Translations under genes and position numbers: made by a program
Sequence record: OK272482.1
Length of the DNA stretch: 64,000 nucleotides
Reading direction: 5' to 3' (one strand)
DNA from: Escherichia phage JLBYU08
Shown here: one piece after another, positions 50,353 to 59,179 of the stretch
How the letters are laid out: each line of letters opens with the position of its first letter
Position numbering within the stretch: the first letter of the stretch is position 1
Notes under the pieces: model-generated
Told to the model about the DNA's origin: nothing
The model's input: only the letters and a program-made list of their open reading frames with translations
The model's database searches: none

Positions 50353-50767
50353 GGTATGTTAGCTCCTCTTCCGCAATTTCAAAAAACTCATCCCAACCTT
50401 GTGGCATATTTGAGTTGCCGAAGTGGCTTTCATAGTAAAGGTTCTCACCACTTGGGAGATAGAAATCTGTTACCTCGTAGAATCCACAATCGTCGCACTC
50501 GCCTTCTTCAAACTTGGCCTCAACCTTAATACCTAGGAAGGTGAAAAGTTTATGGATATCTTCAGTTTCGAACTCCCAGAAGATATTGTTTTCCGCATCG
50601 GTGTAGAACTGGATCAGCAGACCATTATCCAGTTTACCAAAATATTCTGTGAAGTAACTACCTTCCCAGAAATCTTTATGACAAATAATATCCATGCGCT
50701 TGCCCATGATAAAGGTGTGGGCGTTTTGGGCATCGTCACGAATCAGTTTTGGCATTTCATAGATCAT
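50342..50767 (-). CDS. hypothetical protein, translationally coupled to macrodomain gene
   Basis: 141 aa; 11-nt overlap with 49894-50352. Confidence 0.5.
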   Translation of the reverse strand: MIYEMPKLIRDDAQNAHTFIMGKRMDIICHKDFWEGSYFTEYFGKLDNGLLIQFYTDAENNIFWEFETEDIHKLFTFLGIKVEAKFEEGECDDCGFYEVTDFYLPSGENLYYESHFGNSNMPQGWDEFFEIAEEELTYRDY

Positions 50768-50835
50768 CTTAGTTCTCCGGGTTCAACAGGTGGGGGTGCT
50801 ACAGGAAGATCATAAAACATAGCTATCACAGTCTC

Positions 50836-51033
50836 TTACACAGGAATTGCTTCAAACAGGCCGTTATCTATACCGTCCTTCAGATAGAGATTATATTCTA
50901 TGTCGGTATCTGTATAAAGGGCAGCATCCAGCATTCTATCTGTGAGTCCATCCATTGGGTGGAGAAACCACCACCCACGCCAGTCAAAGTAACAGCCTGG
51001 TGCATCTTCTCTTACACGGATTCGATAAATCAT
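50836..51033 (-). CDS. hypothetical protein
   Basis: 65 aa. Confidence 0.5.
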   Translation of the reverse strand: MIYRIRVREDAPGCYFDWRGWWFLHPMDGLTDRMLDAALYTDTDIEYNLYLKDGIDNGLFEAIPV

Positions 51034-51129
51034 GGGCAGTGGCCTCCTGTTAGTTATACATCCCAGTTTTCTTCGTTCATCACGTCCTCCCGTTCTATGA
51101 AGTTATAATTGCACACCTTTCCACCTGTG

Positions 51130-51546
51130 TCAACAGAAAACTTCAACAAACTCTTCCACAGTTTTAATGTCGTGGGAAAAAGGTTTACGGCTATAACGGG
51201 CAATAGCACTATCAACCACCGCCCGGTACTCCAAATCTTCAGAATATTTCATGAAGCATTGCAGCGTCTCTGGGCAGATAGCTAAATAGCTCCACCACCC
51301 TTCTTCAGATTGGTAGTCGAATCCCATACTTTCCAACCATGAAGCATATACTCCTGCACCCTCAAGCCAGTGAGTATTTTCATCCAGAAACTTGTTAATA
51401 GACATGTGAGCTTCTAAGCATTTATCCAGCTCTTTTCCGTTAACCAGCCACGCACTGACCGTGGCGCATCCAAGGTCTACAGATTGAGTTGACAGGTTGT
51501 ATTGGTCATAGTTCTCAGGTTTAACAATGATATCTTCTAATGTCAT
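51130..51546 (-). CDS. hypothetical protein
   Basis: 138 aa; RBS AAGGAG. Confidence 0.5.
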   Translation of the reverse strand: MTLEDIIVKPENYDQYNLSTQSVDLGCATVSAWLVNGKELDKCLEAHMSINKFLDENTHWLEGAGVYASWLESMGFDYQSEEGWWSYLAICPETLQCFMKYSEDLEYRAVVDSAIARYSRKPFSHDIKTVEEFVEVFC

Positions 51547-51608
51547 TTTTTAGATCTCCTTATACAAAAATGCCCCACCCTTTCGGGCAGGGCTATGTTA
51601 ACTAAATG

Positions 51609-52835
51609 TTAAAATGGGATGTCATCATCAAAGACGTACTGTGCTGGATTCTGATCCATTGGGTCATCTTCCGCATCATTTACAGGAGGAGCGTCTACAG
51701 TGTTTTGCTGTGGAGCTGCTTCCTGTTTGGCAGCCTGAGGTTCTTGATGGTCAGTGGACTCAGCACCGTTCTTGATCCAATCGTACAACGGCTCAGCTAG
51801 ATTAGTCAAGACATCTTTTGCTTCTGCAGTAATTGCCACTGCAAAATCATCAACTTTCGTTTTCTTGTCAATACGGCGACAAGCGTTCAACACCGCATTA
51901 CCGACACTGGCACCTACTTCATCTTCAGTTCGGTTGGTGGCTTGAGCATACTCTTTCTTAAGCTCAATGGTGACTACGTGCAGTGTTTTAGCCACGCCCA
52001 GTGGGTCGTCTACCTTAAACCCGCGATCCAGGATGATCTGCAACGCATTGATGCTATGCCCCGTTTCCACACCGATAGGGTCGTAAGAGGATTTACGCTT
52101 GCCACCAGAGCCTTGAGTGCCGTTCTCTGCCTTAGGGGGATAGGCCTTGAAACCACTGATAATGTTTCCGGTGTCTTTGTCAACAATGGCTGCAACACGA
52201 CCACCTACCACCAGGTCTTTAAGCTGCTCATCAGTTACAACCATAGCACCTTCGCCAATCTTGTGGTCATTAACAGTAACCACGTTGCCAACAATCTGAG
52301 TCACATCACCATAGATGCGTAAAACGTCCTGATTGGCATTCTGCTGAGGTTTCTGCTTCTGGCCTTGTGATTGTGCACCTTGTTGCTGTTTTTGCTGCTG
52401 AGTCGCTGCTGGAGCCTCTCCTGCACCCAGCTTAACCATCTTAGCCAGTGAGCCCTTGTAATAGGTCTTACCGTTATGCTCGTTTGCCTTCAAAGGGATA
52501 TTTACGATCCATCCTGGCGTTACGGTTTCCCACTTGTCATCAATCTTAACAGAGACAGAGTCTTGATGACCTGGTTTAAGCAGCTTATCACCCATGCTGA
52601 TCCAGACTTCTTCACCACCTTGAAGCAGGTTATCAGAGGAATCCAGTTCAGAAATCAGTAAAGAGATGGTGTGGCTGGATTCAATTTTCTTACCTTGCCA
52701 CACAGTGGTTTTAATACCTGTTGTAGGATCAGCACCTTTGATAGGCTTAATGCTAACACGTTTAATCATGCCGTGAGCCAGTAAAACAGTTTCACGCGGA
52801 TTCATTGGGTTAGCGAATTGTTGAATAACGCTCAT
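51609..52835 (-). CDS. ssDNA-binding-like protein with bacterial SSB C-terminal tip
   Basis: 408 aa; ends in FDDDIPF (E. coli SSB ends DFDDDIPF); Q-rich linker QQQKQQQGAQSQGQKQKPQQ; located in the replication module. Confidence 0.55.
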   Translation of the reverse strand: MSVIQQFANPMNPRETVLLAHGMIKRVSIKPIKGADPTTGIKTTVWQGKKIESSHTISLLISELDSSDNLLQGGEEVWISMGDKLLKPGHQDSVSVKIDDKWETVTPGWIVNIPLKANEHNGKTYYKGSLAKMVKLGAGEAPAATQQQKQQQGAQSQGQKQKPQQNANQDVLRIYGDVTQIVGNVVTVNDHKIGEGAMVVTDEQLKDLVVGGRVAAIVDKDTGNIISGFKAYPPKAENGTQGSGGKRKSSYDPIGVETGHSINALQIILDRGFKVDDPLGVAKTLHVVTIELKKEYAQATNRTEDEVGASVGNAVLNACRRIDKKTKVDDFAVAITAEAKDVLTNLAEPLYDWIKNGAESTDHQEPQAAKQEAAPQQNTVDAPPVNDAEDDPMDQNPAQYVFDDDIPF

Positions 52836-53200
52836 TATTTATCTCCTTGTTCTTCGTTAGTGTTTGCCGTGTGTGCAAACCCTGCTTGAATTAATTTGTC
52901 CTGAACTTGAGCCAACAGGCCCATTGCAAAACTTGTGGTCCCAGAGAGGGCCATTAGCATATCTCGTTGTTGAGCTACCCAACCTAAGGCATAGTCCAAA
53001 CGACGATATTTTTCTTCTTCGCGCAGAGCCTGAAATAATTGTTCAGCCTCCGGTTGTTGTGTGAGCTCCTGAAGTCTTCCCATGAAAGAAGAAAGCACTA
53101 GCAAAAGAGACACTTGATCTTTACTTAACCCTAAGAAAAATTCTTGAGGTTGTTCTTGCTCGTTCATCGCAACCGACTCTTGATCGTTCATTTGTTCCAT
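52835..53200 (-). CDS. hypothetical protein coupled to SSB-like gene
   Basis: 121 aa; its TAA stop overlaps the downstream SSB-like ATG by 1 nt (TAATG). Confidence 0.5.
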   Translation of the reverse strand: MEQMNDQESVAMNEQEQPQEFFLGLSKDQVSLLLVLSSFMGRLQELTQQPEAEQLFQALREEEKYRRLDYALGWVAQQRDMLMALSGTTSFAMGLLAQVQDKLIQAGFAHTANTNEEQGDK

Positions 53201-53283
53201 TATGGAATCTCCGATTTTATTTGAACAACATAGAAGGAGACACTATTTTAGCATCCCCTTCTGTAAATTACAATAGGTATTTG

Positions 53284-53529
53284 TTAGTCAATCACTTCAA
53301 AAGTTCCCCAATTCCCGTCCAGCAGGCAGGTGATCGGATCCCCATCGTCGTCAAAGATTTCAAAGTTCTCAGCATCCAGGATGTGGCCCTCGAACACAAT
53401 ACTTTCGTCGCCACCACCAGAAATAACAGCGTATTCCTTACCTTGAGTCAAGTTTTGACATCCTTTGCCACCAAAACCTACTTCAACACAACGTACTTTC
53501 TGTCCTGCGCGAGCAACTACTTCAGTCAT
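53284..53529 (-). CDS. small protein with DDDGDPITC motif
   Basis: 81 aa. Confidence 0.5.
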   Translation of the reverse strand: MTEVVARAGQKVRCVEVGFGGKGCQNLTQGKEYAVISGGGDESIVFEGHILDAENFEIFDDDGDPITCLLDGNWGTFEVID

Positions 53530-53546
53530 CTTAAGGTCTCCTGATA

Positions 53547-53849
53547 TTAATCGTCAAGTTCAAAATAGATTTTAACAGCTTCATCAAAGATTGGAATCCC
53601 GATGTTGTTGATAAGCTGCCAAACTACCATATCTTTGCCTGGGTCTGGGAGAATGTCAACCTTTCTCCATGCGCTGTATATCCAGTTTGGACCACCTTCT
53701 GCACTAACTGGCAGATTTTCACCAGCCTCCTGCAGATACTTATACAGCAAAAGATATTCTGGATACTCTAGAACACTGTCCTCTGTAGTATATAGCAGTT
53801 CACGGTATACTTTTAAGAACCCTGCTGGGGTGATGTTTTCAGTCTTCAT
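53547..53849 (-). CDS. hypothetical protein
   Basis: 100 aa from ATG 53849 (RBS GGGAGAAG). Confidence 0.5.
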   Translation of the reverse strand: MKTENITPAGFLKVYRELLYTTEDSVLEYPEYLLLYKYLQEAGENLPVSAEGGPNWIYSAWRKVDILPDPGKDMVVWQLINNIGIPIFDEAVKIYFELDD

Positions 53850-54231
53850 TTGCTGCTTCTCCCGCATTCATCAGATCTGCCATAGCGTCACCCACGAAGA
53901 GAACAACCACATCGTTTACCGCGTCAGCATCATCTTTGTTGACGTTGCTGAATTTAGGACACACAGCAATAATCATATAGACACCGTTACCAACCTGAAC
54001 TGTCCGTGTGGTGCACATCATGGTGGTATTTGTGCCTTCTTTGAAGGCGAAGCCTTGAAGACGCTCCTCTAAAGTGTTACCGGTAGATTTCAGAAGCGCC
54101 AGCTCGTCCAAGGCATAGATGATATCTCCGGAAGTTAGTGTTGCCTTGCCATCAGACACCATAATAACTCCATCAGCACCGTCAAGCTTAGAGGCTTCAA
54201 AGATATCAATATCCCAAATATTTTTCATCAC
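53839..54231 (-). CDS. hypothetical protein
   Basis: 130 aa. Confidence 0.5.
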   Translation of the reverse strand: MMKNIWDIDIFEASKLDGADGVIMVSDGKATLTSGDIIYALDELALLKSTGNTLEERLQGFAFKEGTNTTMMCTTRTVQVGNGVYMIIAVCPKFSNVNKDDADAVNDVVVLFVGDAMADLMNAGEAANED

Positions 54232-54488
54232 GCTTCCTCGTCGTCTAAAGAGTTGAAGATTTCACCGAAGTATTCTAAGACTTCTAGCTCCCGTGTGGTG
54301 CAGAAAACACAGTCACCGTTGTCATCCTCGATAACGGCCTCTTTACCCAGCACATCTACTTCAAGTTTATCGTTCAACAGGACAGCCCCTGTGTAAACTT
54401 TGTCGGCTGTGCAGTCCCGAAAAGCAGAGTCTTTCTCCAGATAGTCTGGCTTAACCTTGGCTTTAATTCGTTGGTATTGTTTGGTCAT
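54228..54488 (-). CDS. small protein with EDDNGDCVFC motif
   Basis: 86 aa from ATG 54488, placed downstream of promoter 54520-54548. Confidence 0.5.
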   Translation of the reverse strand: MTKQYQRIKAKVKPDYLEKDSAFRDCTADKVYTGAVLLNDKLEVDVLGKEAVIEDDNGDCVFCTTRELEVLEYFGEIFNSLDDEEA

Positions 54489-54519
54489 TGCTGTGGTCCC
54501 CTTTCGTTTTGATAGGGCC

Positions 54520-54548
54520 ATTATATTAGGCTCCATCACTGTTGTCAA
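54520..54548 (-). promoter_or_regulatory. sigma70-type promoter
   Basis: Minus strand TTGACA-N17-TATAAT. Confidence 0.65.
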
Positions 54549-54551
54549 GTA

Positions 54552-54779
54552 TTAATGTTCAGGTTTTACAAAAACTACTTCATTAACAGTGCACCAGACA
54601 GAGTCTCCTTCATCATCTTTAAAGGTAAGGCACTGTGCTGAGTTTTCCAGCTCATCGATCTCTTCTTGTGATAAAGGGGCCCCTTCTTCCAGGAGGGCTT
54701 TTACCAGGGGGGTTCTCACAAAACTCTGCTTCATAAATTGCACCGACTGTGCAATCTTTAAAAGCTCGGTCATTTGCAA
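54552..54779 (-). CDS. small protein with KDDEGDSVWC motif
   Basis: 75 aa. Confidence 0.5.
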   Translation of the reverse strand: MQMTELLKIAQSVQFMKQSFVRTPLVKALLEEGAPLSQEEIDELENSAQCLTFKDDEGDSVWCTVNEVVFVKPEH

Positions 54780-54883
54780 CGCATTCTGACTTCAAAGTAA
54801 TTTTCATCTTGGCAGTCTCCTTAGTTATTTAAAAATCAACGCTCTGTTTGTGTGAAACATCTTATATCTAATCTTACTTCTTG

Positions 54884-55255
54884 TCAATGACTATTTTCAA
54901 TCAGCCACACAGGGTCGAGGTAAATTTGTTGGCGTGTTGCCCAATGACAAACTTCATTGTACATCTGAACCTCTTTGTCTGTCAATTCACGAATAGGCTC
55001 ATCTATACCCTCATTTTTGTGGTAATCCCAGTCGGCATCGATTTCCCACAGCCATGACTTGTTGTCACCACGCTTACGCACACAGAAGTCACCAGGACGG
55101 CCTGCCAGTGCATTTAAGAACTCGTTCTCTGCTCGCTCCTGAAGAATGCTAAGGAGCAAAACGTTAGAACATGACCGTAGAATATGCTTCAGCTCACAAT
55201 CATCAATCTCAACTTCAATACGCTGTTTGACTGTGTGAGTACCTTTTACTAACAT
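54884..55255 (-). CDS. hypothetical protein
   Basis: 123 aa from ATG 55255 (RBS GGGGAGG). Confidence 0.5.
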   Translation of the reverse strand: MLVKGTHTVKQRIEVEIDDCELKHILRSCSNVLLLSILQERAENEFLNALAGRPGDFCVRKRGDNKSWLWEIDADWDYHKNEGIDEPIRELTDKEVQMYNEVCHWATRQQIYLDPVWLIENSH

Positions 55256-55265
55256 CCTGCCTCCC

Positions 55266-55460
55266 CTATACAAACTCTGCAAGTGTTGTGTTGTTCACTG
55301 CACCGCAGTAAATGGAGTATCCCAGCCCATTAAAGTGCAGAAACCACGGCGTGCCGGAATTATCTTTCACGTAGACATCGCCGTTGCTTGTAAAGGGCCA
55401 ATATTCTTCACCAAGGGTGAAATACCTACTCATACCCTCAGCCAGATACTTTACTTTCAT
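55266..55460 (-). CDS. small protein, tandem paralogue 1 (..KDxxGxxWFL..)
   Basis: 64 aa; VYVKDNSGTPWFLHF. Confidence 0.5.
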   Translation of the reverse strand: MKVKYLAEGMSRYFTLGEEYWPFTSNGDVYVKDNSGTPWFLHFNGLGYSIYCGAVNNTTLAEFV

Positions 55461-55684
55461 AGGCCCTCTTCAACAGCTACAAACTTGGCAAGCAGGGTGG
55501 TTCCGTAGATATGATACTCACCGTTTGCCAGATGGGAGATAAACCAGGCAATCCCTTCCTCGTCTTTAATCATCTTGTTTGCACGATTTTTATCGTAATA
55601 AACCTCGTAGGTCTTTCCTTCTTTAAAGAATGACAGGTCTGTCATCTTTTCTTCTACAAAGGTAGCTTTAACCAAAGTCGTCAT
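55457..55684 (-). CDS. small protein, tandem paralogue 2
   Basis: 75 aa; MIKDEEGIAWFISHL. Confidence 0.5.
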   Translation of the reverse strand: MTTLVKATFVEEKMTDLSFFKEGKTYEVYYDKNRANKMIKDEEGIAWFISHLANGEYHIYGTTLLAKFVAVEEGL

Positions 55685-55965
55685 TGATCGGTCTCCTTCT
55701 TGTTAAGTCTGAATACTGCAATAATAGCATTCCCAAGGTGCAGTGTCAAGTCATTTCCAAGATACCACAGCATCCCACGGTCATCTTTAATGAAAGGGTA
55801 ACAATCTGGTGCCTTCCAGACATTGTACACTTTCCCAACCTGAAAGAAATCAGGCCCTGTTGGGATTTTGGTGCCAGGCCACACTTGAGATACCTGAACA
55901 CACTCCACCTGCATAATAACAGGAATGGTCATGGATGTAAATGTTTTTGTTGGCTCTACTACCAT
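55681..55965 (-). CDS. small protein, tandem paralogue 3
   Basis: 94 aa from ATG 55965 (RBS AAGAGGAG); FIKDDRGMLWYLGND; the longer track ORF would overlap polymerase exon 2. Confidence 0.5.
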   Translation of the reverse strand: MVVEPTKTFTSMTIPVIMQVECVQVSQVWPGTKIPTGPDFFQVGKVYNVWKAPDCYPFIKDDRGMLWYLGNDLTLHLGNAIIAVFRLNKKETDQ

Positions 55966-56014
55966 AAAAGTCTCCTCTTTGCTCAACAACACTTCCATGT
56001 GTTGATAGTTTACA

Positions 56015-56368
56015 TTAGTGACAATCACCCCAATTACGACCACACAAGTATTCACCTGTGATCTGGAACGGGACTCCCATCATTTTAGAAGCTTGCCAGA
56101 AGCAATGTACCACCATTTCGCCCACAGGACTCCAGATAAGTTCAAGCTTTCCGTCATCGTTCAAGATAGGATCGTACACCGTGTTTCCGTCTCTGTCAAC
56201 CACTTCGTTTCCGTTTTCATCCTTGCGTGCCTTTTTGTACTTATGACCGTCGAACACATGAAGTTTGGCCTCCTGCTCTGCCTTAAATGCTTCCAATTCT
56301 TCAATTGTGTCGAAGGTGTACACAGTCTTATACTTCGGTGTGTCAGGTACTTGAAGCTGATATTCATC
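56015..56368 (-). CDS. DNA polymerase (family A), exon 2
   Basis: Begins DEYQLQV (second half of motif C HDE) and ends ...GEYLCGRNWGDCH*, the typical Pol I-family C-terminus. Confidence 0.8.
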   Translation of the reverse strand, partial: DEYQLQVPDTPKYKTVYTFDTIEELEAFKAEQEAKLHVFDGHKYKKARKDENGNEVVDRDGNTVYDPILNDDGKLELIWSPVGEMVVHCFWQASKMMGVPFQITGEYLCGRNWGDCH

Positions 56369-56697
56369 CATCTGTTCAGGTAGGTCGTTAAGCTACCCCG
56401 CACCATTACGTGCATAGCCATACAGTTTCCTGTATGGATCGGACTACCTCACTGCCTTGGTAACAAGGCACCTCCCATTTCGACCGCACTTGCTGGCCTA
56501 CTCTACTCGCTTCTTCACACCAACCTATGTTGGAGCTATGCTTTCGATAGTCTCTGAACGTTCATCCTCTCGGATGCTTCGCTGCGGATTAGCATATTGA
56601 GCTTTTACCATACTCAGGTGTAAAAGTCAACTTAGCTTTCCCGTCAATTAAAGAGGTTATTCGACATAGATCACTCTATGAAGCCACAATGTTATTT
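56369..56697 (-). ncRNA. group I self-splicing intron (ORF-less) in DNA polymerase gene
   Basis: Minus-strand RNA contains P AAUUGACGGGAAAGCU, Q AAUCCGCAGC, R GUUCAGAGACUAUCG, S GAGGUAGUCCG in order. 5' splice site follows U, with exon CCAU pairing to intron GUGG. Intron ends in G. CAUU can pair with exon-2 GAUG (P10). Confidence 0.8.
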
Positions 56698-59121
56698 ATG
56701 GTAATAGATAATACGACGGACACCTTCATCGTACCACCCACGCTTCACCATTTGGTGGTGCATGAGTATCCCAACTAAGTCACACAACGATGCACCACCA
56801 TTTTGTTGGTATGCATTAAGTAAAGAGTGTTTAGATCGGGTCCAGATGGCATGACCATCAAAAGAGTATATAAACTTCTTACCAGTTGCTTCCCAGAATT
56901 TCTCCAGATCCTCTTTACGCCCCTTAAGACCAGGGTTGGCATCCCAAAGCGCATCGATTACCCTTTGCCCCAACTCTGGAGAGATATCCAGCATGTCTGC
57001 AACTTTATCTTTTTGTGCCCCGTACATAACCCCATACGTGATAGGTTTACCGTCGTTACGGGACACCTCTCTGCCTGCTACTTTTGTATATGCCTCAGCA
57101 TTGTTTTGGTGTGCGTCCCCGTTACTTACAACATCATAATACAAGCCGTTGTCGAACTCAAAGGCACCCCAAGCCCCGATAAGCTGCTCTAAGTTGGACC
57201 CGTCAATACCGATCTCAAAGTATCCTGGAGGAACACCCCACAGACTACGCATCTCTTTACCCATAACCACTTTAGGAGATGGTTTAGGCATGTTTGCACA
57301 AATACTGTGTTTCTGTCGGGAAGTGTTTGTTAGCCCAGAACTTTTAGCAGGAAGCTTATGGTCAATCTTCAAACGTGGGTGATTAAGAAGACCAGTATCA
57401 ACCTTATCCTCCTTGATTGGATCAAGGACCGATCTGCGGTTTCGCAATGATAACCACAAGACGATATCTTTAGCCATCTCTCCGTTCAATTTTTCAAGAT
57501 TTGGGCATAGGTGTCCAAACGTATCTTTCAGCTGCGGAGAAGTAATAAGTGCTCTGGCTTTTCTACGTATTTTCCCGAATACTTCCTTTTTAATCCTTTC
57601 GGAGTTAGGAAAGCTTCGGAACTTGTGCACGGTTGTCTGAAACTTAGCATCAGTTTTGTTCCAGAAGTTGATAATCAGGTCACAATACTCTGACTCTAAA
57701 AGCTCGTCCATGTATGCATATACTCGTGCATCAACATCTGCATCAGGTAGAGCTTTCTTCTTGCTGTCTTTAGTTACATCCTTAGTTCTCCACATTGTCG
57801 GAAGCCAACCAGCACTGATCAGGTATCGCTTAATGTCGTCCTGATTGCTGATTTTCATAGGTATCTTGCAGTCCGGCATTCGCTTCTGCTGTAGATCACT
57901 TATTGCCTGATCCATCAGCTCTTTAGGTAAAGGTTGTGGTGTGGAAGTGCCCTTAATATAGCCTCTCAAGAAATCAGCCATCTTATCAGGGTCTTTGCAG
58001 CCCATCTCTTCACACCATTTTATCCCCATCTTGCTGACATCTCCTGTGGAGGTAAATGCTCGCTTAGGCGGGGCTTTGAACTCCAAAGCACTCATGTCCA
58101 CAGGATAGCCAAGCTTATCTTTTAACCATTTCCAACCATTGTTGGAGATTGTCCCATCTTGGTTAAACGGCTTTTCAGGGAACTTGGGCCGCTGAGACAT
58201 TGACAGCTCTTTTAAAGGAAGTTGAGGTTCAACACGATCAGCGATTTCTTTCATCCACGCATCGCAACGGTCACGTAAAGCAATAGCTCCATCTATGTCG
58301 AAGTATACACCCTGACGGGCCTGCAGCTCCATCAGGAAGTGCTGCAGCATGCCTCGACGTAGTGCGTTCTTCCAGGTGATCTTCTTGAACCCTTTCGGCT
58401 TCTCTTTGGCTGGATCGTACATAAAGTTCTGCATGTCAGATTTGCCGTAGAATACACCTTTTGATTCCGCTACCAGCTCTTTCCAGAGCAGCTCCTGGAT
58501 GATAACGTCCTCGAATACACGATCCACATACTTCCACAACGGAAGATCGCGCCAGTCATCAATTTGAACTTTCTGGTTACCAAGGGCGTAGCCCCATGCC
58601 ATAAGGCCGTGAGGACCAACAGGCTGCATTTTCTTAGTAACCGGGTTGAATACAGAGTCCGGACAACCTTTTGGTAAAGGGCGATCAGGCCACAAGATTC
58701 GGCTCATCGCCAACGTATCAAACAGGTTAACCTGGTGGTCGTTGATAGTCCCCATACATTTAGGATCACGGAACATATCAAAATGAATACCGGATAATCT
58801 CTCCATCAGCATAAAGTCATAACTGTAGCAGTTATGGCAGTTCAAAGCTGTTGGTGACCAGTCGGAATTGCCTGTAAGCCAACCCTCCAACTCTGAAAAA
58901 TCTGCTATGCGAACTTCAAAATCTTTATAAAAAGTTTTCTTTGCCAGAATAAAGTTCTTAGCCTTCTCTATATCCTCTTCGGAGTAGTGTGTGCGGTCAT
59001 TTAGAGGAAGGAACAGCATAAAACGGTTCTTATTCAGCTCTTTAAACAGGCCGCAGTGATAATAAAGATCTGGGTCTTCCAGCAAACCGGATGACTCAAA
59101 ATCGAACGACCACATGCTCAT
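56698..59121 (-). CDS. DNA polymerase (family A) with 3'-5' exonuclease domain, exon 1
   Basis: 808 codons up to ...RRIIYYH; Exo I FDFESSG at N-terminus. The unspliced reading adds K* from intron sequence. Confidence 0.85.
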
Positions 59122-59179
59122 ATACAGTTCTCCTTAAAGGGGAGGTGGTTGTACTACCCCTCCCACTCTTTGTTAAACA

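Noticed and set aside
53839-54231. Roadblock/LC7- or profilin-like fold for the 130-aa protein
   Set aside because: This is an impression from the hydrophobic pattern only, with no motif I can defend.
56015-56421. 56015-56371 as an independent 118-aa gene, and ORF 56161-56421
   Set aside because: The 118-aa ORF starts exactly at the intron 3' end (its ATG is intron AU plus the terminal G). It encodes the missing polymerase motif C half and C-terminus. ORF 56161-56421 is out of frame, running across exon 2 and the intron.
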